Assembly (NCBI GenBank): GCA_964016885.1 | Contig: OZ024742.1 | Coordinates: 152,954,001-153,018,000, forward strand | DNA from: Eledone cirrhosa | Taxonomy: Eukaryota | Reading direction: 5' to 3' | DNA length: 64,000 nt | Shown here: one piece after another, positions 42,903 to 57,005 of the stretch | Layout of the letters: the number at the start of each line of letters is the position of its first letter | Numbering within the stretch: the stretch's first letter is position 1 | The notes under the pieces: model-generated | The model's database searches: none | The model's input: the letters and a program-made list of their open reading frames with translations, nothing else | Told to the model about the DNA's origin: nothing | Made by a program: the position numbers and the translations under genes

Positions 42903-45900
42903 AACTTTGAAAACCAATACTGGCCAAAACATTTCAAAGTTAATAGCACCAACTTAATAGCACCACCTGGCGAAGTCTTTCAATTCAGGATTTGGGCACC
43001 ATGGCCCATTCGAGAAGAGAATTACTGTTTGCGGAGACATATCCGGGTGTGGGTGGTTTGTCCAAAGACTTCTTGAATTTTGTGTGGTCAGTTTCTGTTT
43101 TGACGTGTCCTGGTGTGATGTTGAAGAGAGCAGGGCCGATTGAGGTGAAATAATTGTGCCGTATTGTTGTTATGAGTTGCGATTTAGATTTTTGAATGGG
43201 ACGGATAGCACGGCGCCCAAGCCTTGGGTGTATCTTGAAGGCGATGCCAACATCATTTGGGCAGTGATGATGGAACATTTTCCACATCATGCAGATAATA
43301 TAACGCTCACGGCGGCGTTGGAGTGAGTAAAGTTTCAGGTTTTCCAATCGACCCCAGTAGTCAAGGTCTGACATGCCATCTATCTTTTTCGTGATTGCCC
43401 TTTGAGGAGCTTCAAGTTTCATGATACTTTGTTTCGTGTGGGGAGACCACAGTGGACAACAGTATTCAAGGTGTGGTCGCGCGAAAGTAGAGAAGAGAAG
43501 GATAATGGTGCGGGAATCTCTCGACTGGAAGGTTCTGAGGATCCAGGAACACATTCTGCGGGCCATGTCAACTTTGATGCTTATATGCGTGGTCCAGCTT
43601 ATGTTGCTGTCCACGGTTACTCCCAAGTCTCTGATGTTGTTAGATGCCACGAGAGTTTCCCCGGAGGGAAGGGAGTACGGGAGTTTCAGAGCATCCTCTT
43701 TTCCAAAGTGGATCAGTTCGAATTTGTCTTCGTTCAGTAACATGTTGTTCTTTTCTGCCCATTGGGTAACAGCCAGTAGGTCTGACTGAAGGCTTATCCG
43801 GTCATCCACGCCATTGATGACCTTTTGGAGCTTGGAATCATCAGCGAAAATTTTAATGTTGCTGTGTTTGATGATGTCAGTGATGTCATTAATATAGATG
43901 ATGAAGAGAAGTGGGCCCAACACAGTGCCTTGTGGGACTCCACTACTGACTTTGGCTGGGCTTGATTTGACTCCCTCAACTACAACATGTTGGGTTCTGT
44001 TTGACAGGAAGCTCTTGATCCACTGCAGCAGCTTTCCAGTGACACCAATATTGGACAGCTTTCTCAGTAGAATGTTATGATCAACCCTGTCAAAGGCCTT
44101 GCTGAAATCAAGGTAGATAACATCAGTGTTGGAACCCTCTCCCAAGGCTCTCAAAATGTCATCAAAGTGATGCAGTAGTTGCGTCAGGCAATCCCTTCCA
44201 TTACGGAATCCATGCTGGTTGGAGTTCAGCATATTGTTACTCTCAAGGAAGTGGGTCATTCGCGATCTCACCACTCGCTCAAATACCTTAATGATATGAG
44301 AGGTGAGTGAGATTGGACGGTAATTCACGCAAGGGATTTGTTTCCCTTTTTGAAAACTGGGACAACAGACTGGGATAGAAGGTTTTCTGGCACATATCCA
44401 GCATCCAGTGAGTTCCGCCACAGATTGGCAAGAGGAGAAGCAAGTTGGTGTTGACACGCCTTCAAGACACAAGCAGGGAACCTATCGGGACCTACTGCTG
44501 AATTATGCTTGATTTCCTTTATTGCCGCCAAGACATCAGGGGCGCCAAACGTTATGTCCGATAAGGTGCAATGGGGAGTAACATCGCCGATACAGCCCAG
44601 ATCGGCCATATCAGGATTGCTGAAAACAGAGCAGTATTGTTTCTGCAGTATCTCACCCATGGTTTTAGCATTGTCTTGAAGAGTGCCATTTTCATCAATT
44701 AGAGGGCCAACAGTAGAGCCAGTGATTTTGTGTTTTTTTGCAAATGAAAAGAACCCTTTGGGATTGAGTTTGATCTTCTCAATGTCCCAGGCCTCTTCAG
44801 CTCTTCTCTGATTGTTGATGAGCGACATTATGTTGTTTTGGAGGTTATGTTTTTTAATCTCTAGTGATGAAATGGCAGTCAAGTTGATGTGTTGCTGCTG
44901 ACAGTATTTCAGCTTGTTGATTTTTTTGTTCGTTCTCTTAATTTTTCTGATGAGCGTTTTTCTATTTCTAGGGATTCTGCTCTTAGATATGTTTATAGTT
45001 CTTAATGGGGTGTGTTTAGCACATATGTTTGTAACAGTGTCCACAAATGTCTGCCAGGACTTTTTGATGTTAGTGGGTGTATGAGTGTGCGTGAAGGACC
45101 AGTCAACATGTGCAAGATCATGACTGATCGCTTCCCAGTTTGCATTGTGGAAATCCATAGCGTCAAACGGATGGACAGGAGAGATGACATTGGGTTTGTA
45201 TATTGGACGGTGGAATCTCAGATCAGAGAGAACCATGTCATGATCAGAGAGTAGAGTTTTCTCCACTGCAATATTGTGGATATTGTCAGTGTGATTGCTG
45301 AAAATTAAGTCTAGGACGTTTTTGTGGCACCTCGTTGGTTCGAGCACTAGTTGGGATAGGAAGAAATCATCCATGAAGTCAAGAAGCGATTCCACAGCTT
45401 CCCTGTCAGAGGTTGAGGCAGAAGAACCTGGTGGCAGGGTGTTTGTGGACCAGTCAACTCCGGGGAGGTTGAAGTCCCCCATCATTAAGATGTTGTCAGG
45501 GTGACACTCTTGGATGAAACACTTTATGCTGTTGAGGCATTCCTTGTAGCATGGTGCAGGCGTTTGGGGTGGCCTATAGAGCCCAACTACTAATAGGTTG
45601 TTGGTTTGACTGAATACAGTGACTGCCTCACAGTATCCGTTAGTGAATATGTTCATAGCCTCTGTTGAGAAAGAATTATGGACATAAATGGCAGTTCCGC
45701 CCTTTCTTCTGCCAGCGCGATCAGCACGGATGGCTTTGACATTTATCACTTTCACCTCGGCTTCCAAGTGGAGGTTACTGAGATGGGTTTCAGTGAGGAC
45801 GAAGAAAGGGATGTGGTTTGGATGGACATCAATCCAGTCCTCCAGGAATTTGATCTTCCATTTTTGAGTATTGGTGGAAGGGCTGATGCCTTGGGCGTTA

Positions 45901-46610
45901 AGCAAAAATGTAGAGGCGAGAGTGGATGGTTTTAATTGTTTTGGTGTGTTGTTAATTTGTTTGTTTGTTAATGGCAGCAATGGGAGTTTGTGCAGTGGGG
46001 TGATAGTGGAGGGTGGTGCTGGGTGATAGCTCGAGAGGAAGAAGTTTCCTGTTTAGAAGACTGTTGGTGACTGTGGTAGTGGTTATTTTTATGTAGGTTA
46101 TGGTTTTTGTTTTTGCTTTTAATTTTTAATTTTATTTTCATTTATCCGACGGGTCCCCGGGAGATGGGTAAAGGGACAATCCCGGTCTAAACACAATCTG
46201 TCTCGCAGGGAAAAACGGCAGATTTGTGGATTCCTTGTTTGAGTTATTGGTGGTTGTGTTGGTGTTAAATTAGAGTATGTATTATGGTGGTGGCTGTTTG
46301 TGGGGATAGATCGTTTTGTCCTAGGTAAATGGGTGAATTTGCAGCCACTATCCATACATATTCTATAGCGTAGAGAGTAGCGGGAAATGATGGGGTTTCG
46401 AGTGGGTGGGTATGTGGGTGTGTGTGTTGTGAGAGGTGTAGATGATGGTTTGAGTAGGATTTGACGACCTTTGTGGATTGTGGGAGGGAGAGTTCTTGTT
46501 CTGGTATTAGAAGGTAAATTCCTTGACATAGCAGTAGAAAAAAATGTTGTAGTAGTAGTAGTAGTAGTAGGCAGAGATGTTGGCAGTGGTGATGATTGGA
46601 CTGCTGGGCC
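42903..46610 (-). mobile_element. LINE family A, copy 3 (truncated within ORF1; rearranged 3' end)
   Basis: Closely matches 28998-32772 in reverse complement. Confidence 0.95.
42985..45980 (-). pseudogene. LINE ORF2, nearly intact (single frameshift near 44330; in-frame loss of FLxVIPDK)
   Basis: ORFs 44325-45980 and 42985-44472 overlap in different frames. Confidence 0.92.
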
Positions 46611-46664
46611 ATATATATGTATGTATATATATATACATATATGTATTTATATATATATATATAC

Positions 46665-46697
<33 letters not shown>

Positions 46698-46713
46698 CAT
46701 ATATACTTATATA

Positions 46714-46745
<32 letters not shown>

Positions 46746-46852
46746 CATATATATATGTATATATATATATGTATATGTATTATGTATATGTATGTCTATA
46801 TCTGTATATATATATATATATGTATATATATGTATATATATATATATATATG

Positions 46853-46889
<37 letters not shown>

Positions 46890-47020
46890 GTATATATATA
46901 TATGTATATTTATATATATATATGTGTATATATATATGAATATATATATATATATATATGTATATATATGTATAAGTATATATATGTATATTTATATATA
47001 TATATATATATATGTATATT

Positions 47021-47059
<39 letters not shown>

Positions 47060-47176
47060 GTATATATATGTATATATGTATATGTATATATATGTATATA
47101 TATATATATGTATGTATATATATGTATATATATATGTATATATATATGTATATATATGTATATATATATATGTATA

Positions 47177-47219
<43 letters not shown>

Positions 47220-47428
47220 GTATATATATATGTATATATATGTATATATATATATGTATATATATGTATATATATATATGTATGTATATATATATATATG
47301 TATATATATATGTATATATATGTATATATGTATATGTATATATATGTATATATATATATATGTATGTATATATATGTATATATATATGTATATATATATG
47401 TATATATATGTATATATATATATGTATA

Positions 47429-47471
<43 letters not shown>

Positions 47472-47488
47472 GTATATATATATGTATA

Positions 47489-47531
<43 letters not shown>

Positions 47532-47630
47532 GTATATATATATGTATATATATGTATATATATATATGTATATATATGTATATATATATATGTATATATA
47601 TGTATATATATATATGTATGTATATATATA

Positions 47631-47714
<84 letters not shown>

Positions 47715-47731
47715 TATATATGTATATATAT
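46611..47731. repeat. (TA)n/(TATG)n microsatellite
   Basis: Direct observation. Confidence 0.95.
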
Positions 47732-48295
47732 AGCGGCGATAAGTTAGTTTTGCGAGTTTTTTTATATGAAATCGTGTGTCGAAACAGATATTGTTATATT
47801 TGGGGATATACATACACAAGCACATAAACACACACTAGTCACCCAGCAGACACAACACTATACACACTAGTCACACATCACACATAACACTATACACACA
47901 CGCAAACGCATGCGCAAAGAAGACAAAATAAAATAAGATAAACAAACAAGCAAATAAATAAATAAATATATAGACAGACTGAACAAAAAAAAATGGCGTA
48001 GACATACAACACAACAGGAGGAACAATGAATATAACACCACTGACGATGTTGCAGATGTGCAACGAAAGATTTATGTAAATTATGTAAACTATATATATA
48101 TGTGTTTGTCTATATTGTATCTGTATTATTTTTGACCGCCGGTCAGTCAATGGCAACATTGAGGACCGAGTAAGTTAGATCGCAGATATATATATATAAA
48201 AGACAGCGAGAAGCGAAAACCAACCAAACAGTGAGTGTGTTCTGTTATTAATTCTGGCAATATTACGCAAATGTGACCCTCCCCAAATATAACAA

Positions 48296-48297
<2 letters not shown>
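47732..48297 (-). mobile_element. Family G2 cassette: tail 47732-47805 (minus), inverted arm 47806-48297 (plus)
   Basis: Matches 21213-21630. Confidence 0.8.
48036..48078 (+). ncRNA. Minimal hammerhead ribozyme, family G2
   Basis: cacca CTGACGA tgttgcagatgtgcaac GAAA gatt TA tg. Confidence 0.6.
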
Positions 48298-48341
<44 letters not shown>

Positions 48342-48960
48342 TATATATGTATATATATATATATGTCTATATATGTATATATATATATATGTATATATAT
48401 GTATATATATATGTATATATATCTATATATATATATGTATATATGTATATATATATATATGTATCGATCTAAAAAATAATAAATCTATACTTACAGACTT
48501 AAAATTTAGATCGATACAGGCGGACTATATGTATTTGAATTAAGGGATTTCTATCTGGCTAAATTATTGTCATTTTGCCTCAAAAAAACACATTAGTGTG
48601 GATCATAATTTTATATTATATTAAATTGTACTGTAATGCTCAGAAGTATTTCCTAGAGCTTAATAATTTTATTCAACTCCTAAATTAGAGTATATATAAA
48701 TATATATCTGTATATTTATATATATGTATATTTATATATATATATATATGTATATATATGTATATATATATGTATATATATGTATATATGTATATGTATA
48801 TATGCGTATATATATATGTATATATATATGTATATATATGTATATATATATGTATATATATGTATATATATATATATATGTATATATATGTATATATATA
48901 TATGTATATATATGTATATATATATATATGTATATATATATATGTATATATATGTATATA

Positions 48961-49005
<45 letters not shown>

Positions 49006-49011
49006 GTATAC

Positions 49012-49075
<64 letters not shown>

Positions 49076-49140
49076 GTATAACTATGTATATATATATATG
49101 TATATATATATGTATATATATATATATATGTATAACTATG

Positions 49141-49187
<47 letters not shown>

Positions 49188-49270
49188 GTATATATATGTA
49201 TATATATATATGTATATATATGTATATATATGTATATATATATGTATATATATGTATATATATGTATATA

Positions 49271-49323
<53 letters not shown>

Positions 49324-49594
49324 ATGTATATATATGTATATATATGTATATGTATATATATGTATATTTATTTATATATATGTATATATATGTATATATA
49401 TATGTATATATATGTATATGTATATATATGTATATTTATTTATATATATGTATATATATGTATATATATATGTATATATATGTATATATATATGTATATA
49501 TATGTATATATATATATGTATATATATGTATATATATGTATATATATATGTATATATATGTATATATATATATATATATGTATGTATATGCATG

Positions 49595-49689
<95 letters not shown>

Positions 49690-49691
<2 letters not shown>

Positions 49692-51271
49692 GTTTGTATA
49701 TGTATAATAAAGCCAAAACAATGCAGGTATGGACATAGAATAAAGAATGCAAATGCAAAAGATATTATTGACAATTAGTCTTTTACCTTAGATTTATTTA
49801 AATGTCTTAATTTTCGAGATATCTCTTCTTCGGACCGAAGTAAAGCGGTTAGACCACTGTTCTAAATAGCTTGCCAAGTCATGCTGACAGGAAATGTTAT
49901 GGAGTATCCCGTTCTATCTCTAATGTCAAAGAGTTAAGGTTAGGTGGATAAAGTGTAGTCTCCCTTTAAGAGGTTTTTTTTTGTTTAGTACATGCCTGTT
50001 TAAGTGTGTGAGAGAATGCATGAAGGTGTAAGTATGTGAGTGTGTGTGTGTGAGAGTGAGAAGTTATGTCTATACGTAAATGTGGGGGATAGATGTTATG
50101 TTGTGTTAGAACTGGTCTGTGTGTGTGTATGTGTGTATGTGAGAGAGAATAAGTAGAGGTGTAAGCGGGTGTGTGTGTGTGTGCGTGCGTGTACGTGTGT
50201 GTGTGATGTGTGTGTGTGGGGGGGGGGTACATATGGGTTAGAAGCTCTATCAAGTTATAAATTGAGTGTTGAGTTCTAGACAATTATTGATTGGTGGTTG
50301 TGTTTTGTCTATTATTAGTGCTTCCTTAATTCTAAGATTGCCGAGGTTTCTTTCCTTAGTTTCTATCCTAACTGTTATGGTTTTGTCGGTGTTTTTGCAA
50401 TTAACTGGGTGTTTCTTAAATGAGGAAGCGTTAGTATTGAGGTGTTCTTTTATTCTTATGTGGAGTGGTCTGGTGGTGCTACCTACGTAGAAGTTGCTGC
50501 ATTTGTCACACTCTAGTCTGTATCCGACGTAAGCCTGGTGGAATAGGTCTGTGTCGTTGAAGGGGCAGTTGGCTAGCCTGCAGCAGTTGTCATGTCTGGT
50601 GGAGTGTCTTTTGGTTAGCTGTCCGTGTAGAGACAGACCTGAGTGAGCCAGTTGGATATCTAGTCCCTCTCGTCTGATGGTTCTGCGGATGGCTGTTGTT
50701 GTTTCGTCACTGAAGTGTGGGAGCTTCAGGAAGCAAGTGTTAGTGCCTCGGGTCTGGTGTCCTCTGTTCTTTCTGGCACGGTTTGTAGTGGATGTCCTGT
50801 ATCCATTCAGTTTGAGTACTTCCAGGAAATGTGTGGTGTGTGTGTCTCGGTCTCTAGCGTCGGTGCATTTGTTCCGGATACGTGAGAGTTCGTTCCTTAT
50901 GTATCCGAACTTAGCGCAGGCTGGGAGGGCCGATCTGAAATGTACGAACAGGTCCCTGCTGGCGGCTTTTTTATAGAAGAATGTGTGGATGTTGCCTTCC
51001 TCTGTTACCCTGAGTTGGAAGTCCAGTGGGGATAGGGATCCGCAGTCATCGGGGTGTTCCATGCTGGAGAATGTTGTGTATATTTTATCTGCCTCCTTAG
51101 GGGATGATGTAAGGATGAGTATGTCATCTACATATCGAGTGAAGAAGATATGGAAATGGCAGGTGTTGAGCGCTCGGCATTCTGGCTGGTTCATATAGGT
51201 GATGGCCAGCAGGCCCGATAGGCTGGATCCCATGGGTAATCCTGTTGTCTGTCTGTATGTTGTCTGTCTGT
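49690..51271 (-). mobile_element. 5'-truncated Penelope-like element (Penelope/Poseidon-like)
   Basis: ORF with PLE RT and GIY-YIG motifs, followed by CA-rich 3' region; TA-flanked. Confidence 0.9.
50250..51270 (-). pseudogene. PLE RT C-terminal half + GIY-YIG endonuclease
   Basis: YRQTTGLPMGSSLS, RYVDDI, GYRLECDKCSNFYVGSTTRPLHIRIKEH, IKEALII..PPIN. Confidence 0.9.
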
Positions 51272-51293
51272 ATATATATATATATATATATAC

Positions 51294-51490
51294 ACTTTTA
51301 CTCTTTTACCTGTTTCAGCCATCCGGCTGACGCCATGCTGGGGCATCACAGTTTTTGCTACACATTTTATCTCCAGCCTGTATAGGTTGGCCACTGGTGT
51401 AAGAGGGAGTTTGTCGCTGCTGCCCTTAGGTTTCCCTCGTGCCTTGCTGTGGGCTCAGCCGGGATCCTGGATAACAGGGTGTCGAGATGT
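51294..51490 (-). mobile_element. 3'-terminal fragment of LINE family B
   Basis: Diverged reverse complement of ~41780-41973. Confidence 0.88.
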
Positions 51491-51612
51491 TTCATATGTA
51501 TATATATATGTATATATATATATTTTATATATACGTATATATATATATATATTTGTATATATATATATGTATATATGTATACATATGTATATATAAGTAT
51601 TTCTATATGCTA

Positions 51613-51731
<119 letters not shown>

Positions 51732-51770
51732 GTATGTATATATATATATATGTATATATATATACATATG

Positions 51771-51801
<31 letters not shown>

Positions 51802-51828
51802 GAATACATATATGTATATATATTTATA

Positions 51829-51865
<37 letters not shown>

Positions 51866-52118
51866 TTATATATATACATGTATATATATATATATGTATA
51901 TATAGATATATATATGTATATATATATATGTATATATATGTATATATATGTGTATATATATGTATATATATGTATATATATATATATATATATGTAGAGA
52001 CATATATATACATGTATATGTATGTATATATATGTATATATATATATATATGAATATATATGTATGTATATATATATGTATGTATATGTATATATATATA
52101 TGCATATTTATATATATG

Positions 52119-52183
<65 letters not shown>

Positions 52184-52185
<2 letters not shown>

Positions 52186-53050
52186 GAAAGACGTTAAATA
52201 AGAAAATTTTAAAAATTAAAAATTAACTTACTAAAATTTTCACTGCAACTAATTAGTTTCTGTAAGGGAATAAATATAGTTACGTAACGTAAATATAGAG
52301 AAGGCCTTACGTTATCAGGGCGCTGAAAAAATTCAATTTCTACTTCGTCAGTGGCAAATTCTAAAGAATCAATCACGTGACACTGAGGTTAATCAGTGAG
52401 GAATGGGGTGGTATTATGACAAGAGCCTAACTACTACCATGAAACTTAGCAGTAAATTTTGGCAAGTTTTGCTCAACAAATAATTTGGAGATAAATATAG
52501 AGAATTAGCATATCTACCAACATATGTATACAGATGTATACCCATGCTAGCAAATATATATGTTATGTCTTAGTACCATTGTGGTTCTATGCAGGGGGAT
52601 GCAGAACAATTATATGAAAGACGTAAAATAAGAAAATTTTAAAAATTAAAAATTAACTTACTTACTAAACTTTTAACTCCAGCTAATTAGTTTCTGTAAG
52701 CGAATACATATAGTTACGTAACGTAACTATAGAGAAGTCCTTACGTCATCAGGGAGTCTATTCTCAGCTAAGTTCCCAGGCAATGCGCGGACATTAGGAA
52801 CCCATATAAAAATAATAATTCAGTGGATGGAATAAAGCTAGTGGGGACTAAATTCCAGGGCACTGAAAAAATTCACTGCCTACTTGGTCAGTGGCAAATT
52901 CTAAAGAATCAATCACGTGACACTGAGGTTAGTCAGTGAGGAGTGGGGTGAAATTATGACAAGAGCCTAACTACTACCATGAACCATAGCAGTAAATTTG
53001 GCAAGTTTTGCTCAACAAATAATTTAGAGATAAATATAGAGAATTAGTAT
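52184..53050 (-). repeat. Tandem of a ~535-bp HHR-bearing monomer, family L (units at 52184 and 52614; first unit has a ~105-bp deletion)
   Basis: ATGAAAGACGT.AAATAAGAAAATTTT recurs; deletion lies between CAGGG microhomologies. Confidence 0.85.
52675..52758 (-). ncRNA. Hammerhead ribozyme, family L (U16.1 to C here; sister copy 52241-52320 has G8 to A)
   Basis: gactcc CTGATGA c-gtaag...cttac-a GAAA ctaattag CT ggagtt; the consensus of the two copies is canonical. Confidence 0.7.
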
Positions 53051-53060
53051 AGAGAATTAG

Positions 53061-53386
53061 TGACTATATATCATTATTGATCTGGTTCAGTTGAAAATAA
53101 TTAACATATTTTAAAACAGAGCGGCTCATCGAAACTTCAAAGGAATATAAATTAAAATAAGGAGAGAATGTTACATAATGTAATGTTCCATATATTGGAA
53201 TTTCACTATGGTGTCCTGGTTGTATCAATTGTCAGCCAATATATGGAACCAATATATGGAACATTACATTATGTAACATGCTCTCCTTATTTTAATTGAT
53301 ATTCCTTTGAAGTTCAGATGAGCTGCTCTGTTTTTAAATATGTTAATTATTTTCAACTGAACCAGATCAATAATGATATATAGTTA
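53061..53386. repeat. Diverged inverted repeat (arms ~53061-53198 and 53249-53386), probably an older cassette
   Basis: Reverse-complement arms with about 10 mismatches; CCAATATATGGAA is duplicated at the junction. Confidence 0.85.
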
Positions 53387-53869
53387 TCTGATCCAGAAAT
53401 ATTATCTGGAGTAGCGAAACAGTTGTAAACGGACATTATTATTATTAATATTATTATTATTATTCTCTACATCCCTTACATCAAAATAAAATATGTTGAC
53501 AATCTTTTAATAATGTCTTCCTTGAGAAATTTGTGGGCTTGTTTTTCTTAACTAATGAATATGTATATATGTATATATATATATGTATAATAAATCATGT
53601 CCTTAGAATTATTAGATAAAATATATACCATTTCCTCTCCCAATTAGCATAATTAACCATATAAAAAATCAATTAGACCAGGCTATAAGAATAAAGGCGC
53701 TTATGAAGATATTTTCGACAAATAACCGAAAGCGGCCACTTCGCGGTGATCCCAATAGGGTATTTATGCAACATTTCAACAGCATGTAGAAACTGACTAA
53801 ATATACCGTCAACCCTACACAATTAGGTGTAAATTTAAACTTAGAAGAAACGTGTACATACCATAATTA

Positions 53870-53950
53870 TATCTCTACCACGGTTTCGTCCGTAATTTTA
53901 GATATCCTATTGTTAGGATTTATCCGGAGTAACAGAATCATCAGGAGACA
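53870..53950 (-). ncRNA. Type I hammerhead ribozyme, family M
   Basis: tgtctc CTGATGA t-tctgt...acgga-c GAAA cc-gt-gg TA gagata. Confidence 0.8.
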
Positions 53951-54096
53951 AACTCAAGATTGGACAGTTAATTTTCCAAAGCGATCGCGGCAAAAACAGA
54001 TTCAAAACTGGCTAAGAATCGTGACGTGGCAGTGGTCAAGTTAGAAAGAATGTAATTAGTTGCTTACGGCGGGTAGGCTTGTTGCTATATATATAT

Positions 54097-54167
<71 letters not shown>

Positions 54168-55315
54168 TTTGAATGGATACAGTTTAGTTGAAAGGAATTT
54201 ATTGACACGTGTTTCTATAACAGTTATATAACCTGAAAACAGCTGCTATCTACAAAGTATTAGTTATGCAGACATTCAATATTTCAATGTTATTATTTAC
54301 TGTCATTTCATCAGAATAATATTAGTGAGGACCTGTTTGGTTTTTGTAGAGAATATTAGGAGGGAGGGGTGAGGTTGTTAGAAGAATAGTTGAGGGAGTG
54401 GTTTTTTGATAGCAGTGAGAATTTTTGGTGGCAGTGAGTAATTAGATTCCCATCTGTTGTTTTGACATTTTTATAGAATATATTATTGGTTATTTTTCTA
54501 AATCTATAGAAGGAGTAGAGATAGTAAAGATATGCGTGGTTGGTTTTGTGTTTGCACTTAATTAACATTCAGACTTAAATTTTTCTTTCAAGTGTACGTA
54601 TCCTTTCATCCACGCATTCACACACAAACATATTTCCACACCTCTACGAAATACATATACTCACATTCACATAGTAACATGTTCATACTTACATGCATAT
54701 ACACATGCATACATATTACATATATATTACTACATCTCATCGTATGTATTTATTTTGAATGTATTACCTGTGGTGGTGGGTCTGGTCTAATGTGGTATTT
54801 CGGTGTTTAATATCAGTTTTGACCCGGGTGTCCTACGCTGTGTGTGTGTGCGTGTGTGTCCGTGTATACATTTATATGTGTATGGGTGTAGGTGGTTGTA
54901 TGTGTCTGTATATAAAAATATATATATATATATATATGTATACCGTCTCTGCATATGCATGTGGTGTGTATACGTGCATATATGTGCTTAACATATTGAT
55001 GTGTACAATCTTGTGATGTCCCAATGCGGTGACTTAATGGCTCTTGAAGCTATTTTTTTATATATCTTCTGTCTTTTTATATATCTTTTGTATGCGCTAC
55101 AACTGTGTCTGCTTGCTTTAACCCGCCTGCACCTCGCTTGCTAATGCACGTGAATTCTTCTACCTCCTTCGATGCACCTCTCTCTGACCATTGGACTCCT
55201 GCCCGGGTGTGAACCGGTTTGTGATTACCCCACCGCTCAACTGTGTGAATGCACACCCATGACTTTCGAGTGAACTTTTGAGACTGCCCAACCTGGGACG
55301 CCTCCATTGCCTTGC

Positions 55316-55478
55316 AATGGTCAAGTGATACTGGTGACTGTGACACTTAGTGCCTTCGTGGGCCCCTGATGTTTTCAAGAAATATATTTTTAAAAAATGG
55401 TCAAGTGATACACATAACTGTGACACTTAGTGCCTTCGTGGGCCCCTGATATATTCAAGAGATATATTCTAAAAAAAT
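55316..55478. repeat. Tandem duplication of about 80 bp
   Basis: AATGGTCAAGTGATAC...TGTGACACTTAGTGCCTTCGTGGGCCCCTGAT occurs twice. Confidence 0.85.
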
Positions 55479-56383
55479 ATATATCTTATCTCAATTTACT
55501 TTATTTCATTTTATTTTATTTTATTTTATTTCATTTCATGTTATCTAATTTTATTTATTTACTTACTTGACTCCATTTATTTATTTATTTATTTAAATTT
55601 AAATTTAAATTTTAATTTTAAATTTAAAATTTGAATTTTAATTTTTTTATTTATTTAATTTTTATTATTTCTTTATCATTTTTTTTATTTTTTTATTTTT
55701 TATTTTTTTTTTATTAATTTTTTTTTTTTTTTAATTTATTTATTTATTTATTTATTTAATTAAATTTAATTACATTTAATTACATTTAATTATACATTTA
55801 ATTATATCTTATATTATATTATTTTAATTTAGTCTATGTTATTTGATTTTAGTTTACCTTATTTTATCTTATTTTACGATTATATTATATTATGTTCTAT
55901 GTATAAAATTTTTAATTTTAATTTTATATTATTTTATCTCATTCCTTACCCTGTATCACTATTATCTGTATATTTTATATTTTATATGTAAGTTTGTTTT
56001 GTATTTCTTTGTATTTCTTTATATTTTCTTATTTATATATATTATAAGTCTGTTTTTCACCTATTTTTTACCTATTTTTTACCTACTCTTACCTAATCCC
56101 ATCTATCTTATCTACTCTTGTCTGTTCTCTTATCCATGTGTCTACTCTTGTCTGTTCTCTTATCCATGTGTATGCTTGTATGTAACTATATGTTGACAGC
56201 ACCCCGCCCAACTGTGACTGATAGCACCCCTTATTTTTTCATTGCTTTTTTCATTGCTTAGTTTTCATTCCTTATCTTTATTTTTACTTTTACTTCCTTA
56301 ATATCATTTATCGTCTATTATTACCTTTCATTCTTCAATGTCTTGGATTTGTTATTGCTTGTATGGTATGTAATTAACCTTTA

Positions 56384-56429
56384 TGCTCTGATGAGTCCCA
56401 CTTATAGTGCGGATGAAACCATGTTAGCA
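56384..56429 (+). ncRNA. Minimal type I hammerhead ribozyme, family N
   Basis: tgct CTGATGA gtcc-cact-tat-agtg-c-ggat GAAA c-cat-g TT agca. Confidence 0.75.
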
Positions 56430-56619
56430 AGTAAAGATATGCATATGCTATAAGCGTTCTTTGTTATTTATTATATATACACACATGTATTCATGTACAT
56501 ACATACGCGTTCATGTGTATACATTTTTATACTCAACTTATCTTTATATACACACGTATAGACAAACACATATATACATACATACTCTAGTCTATGTGTA
56601 TATATATACACATATACAT

Positions 56620-56681
<62 letters not shown>

Positions 56682-56787
56682 ATAATAATAAAATTGAAGA
56701 CTAAAATCCAAAGAGGGCTCGATAAGGAAAATATATATCAAATATATAAGAACCGTAGAGCAAATATTTATTAAAATAACAGATTAA

Positions 56788-56838
56788 AGTTTAAGCAAAG
56801 AATCGCTGCTTTCACCCTTAACGGGATCTTCTGAAACT
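56788..56838 (-). ncRNA. Hammerhead ribozyme, family E (U4A)
   Basis: Mirror of 57006-57056. Confidence 0.65.
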
Positions 56839-57005
56839 AACAAAGTCAATCTGTAAACGCAGAACTGGATATTTCAAAAAACGTTGCAACCGGAGGAAGA
56901 CAGGAAGACGATAGTATCGGGAAGACGATAGTATCGTCTTCCTGTCTTCCTCCGGTTGCAACGTTTCTTGAAATATCCAGTTCTGCGTTTACAGATTGAT
57001 TTGTT

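Noticed and set aside
52325-52356. CTGACGA-agta-GAAA on the minus strand
   Set aside because: No room for stem II and not conserved in the second unit
53311-53348. CAGATGA..AAATATGTT in the 53-kb inverted repeat
   Set aside because: Both arms lack GAAA and disagree in the core
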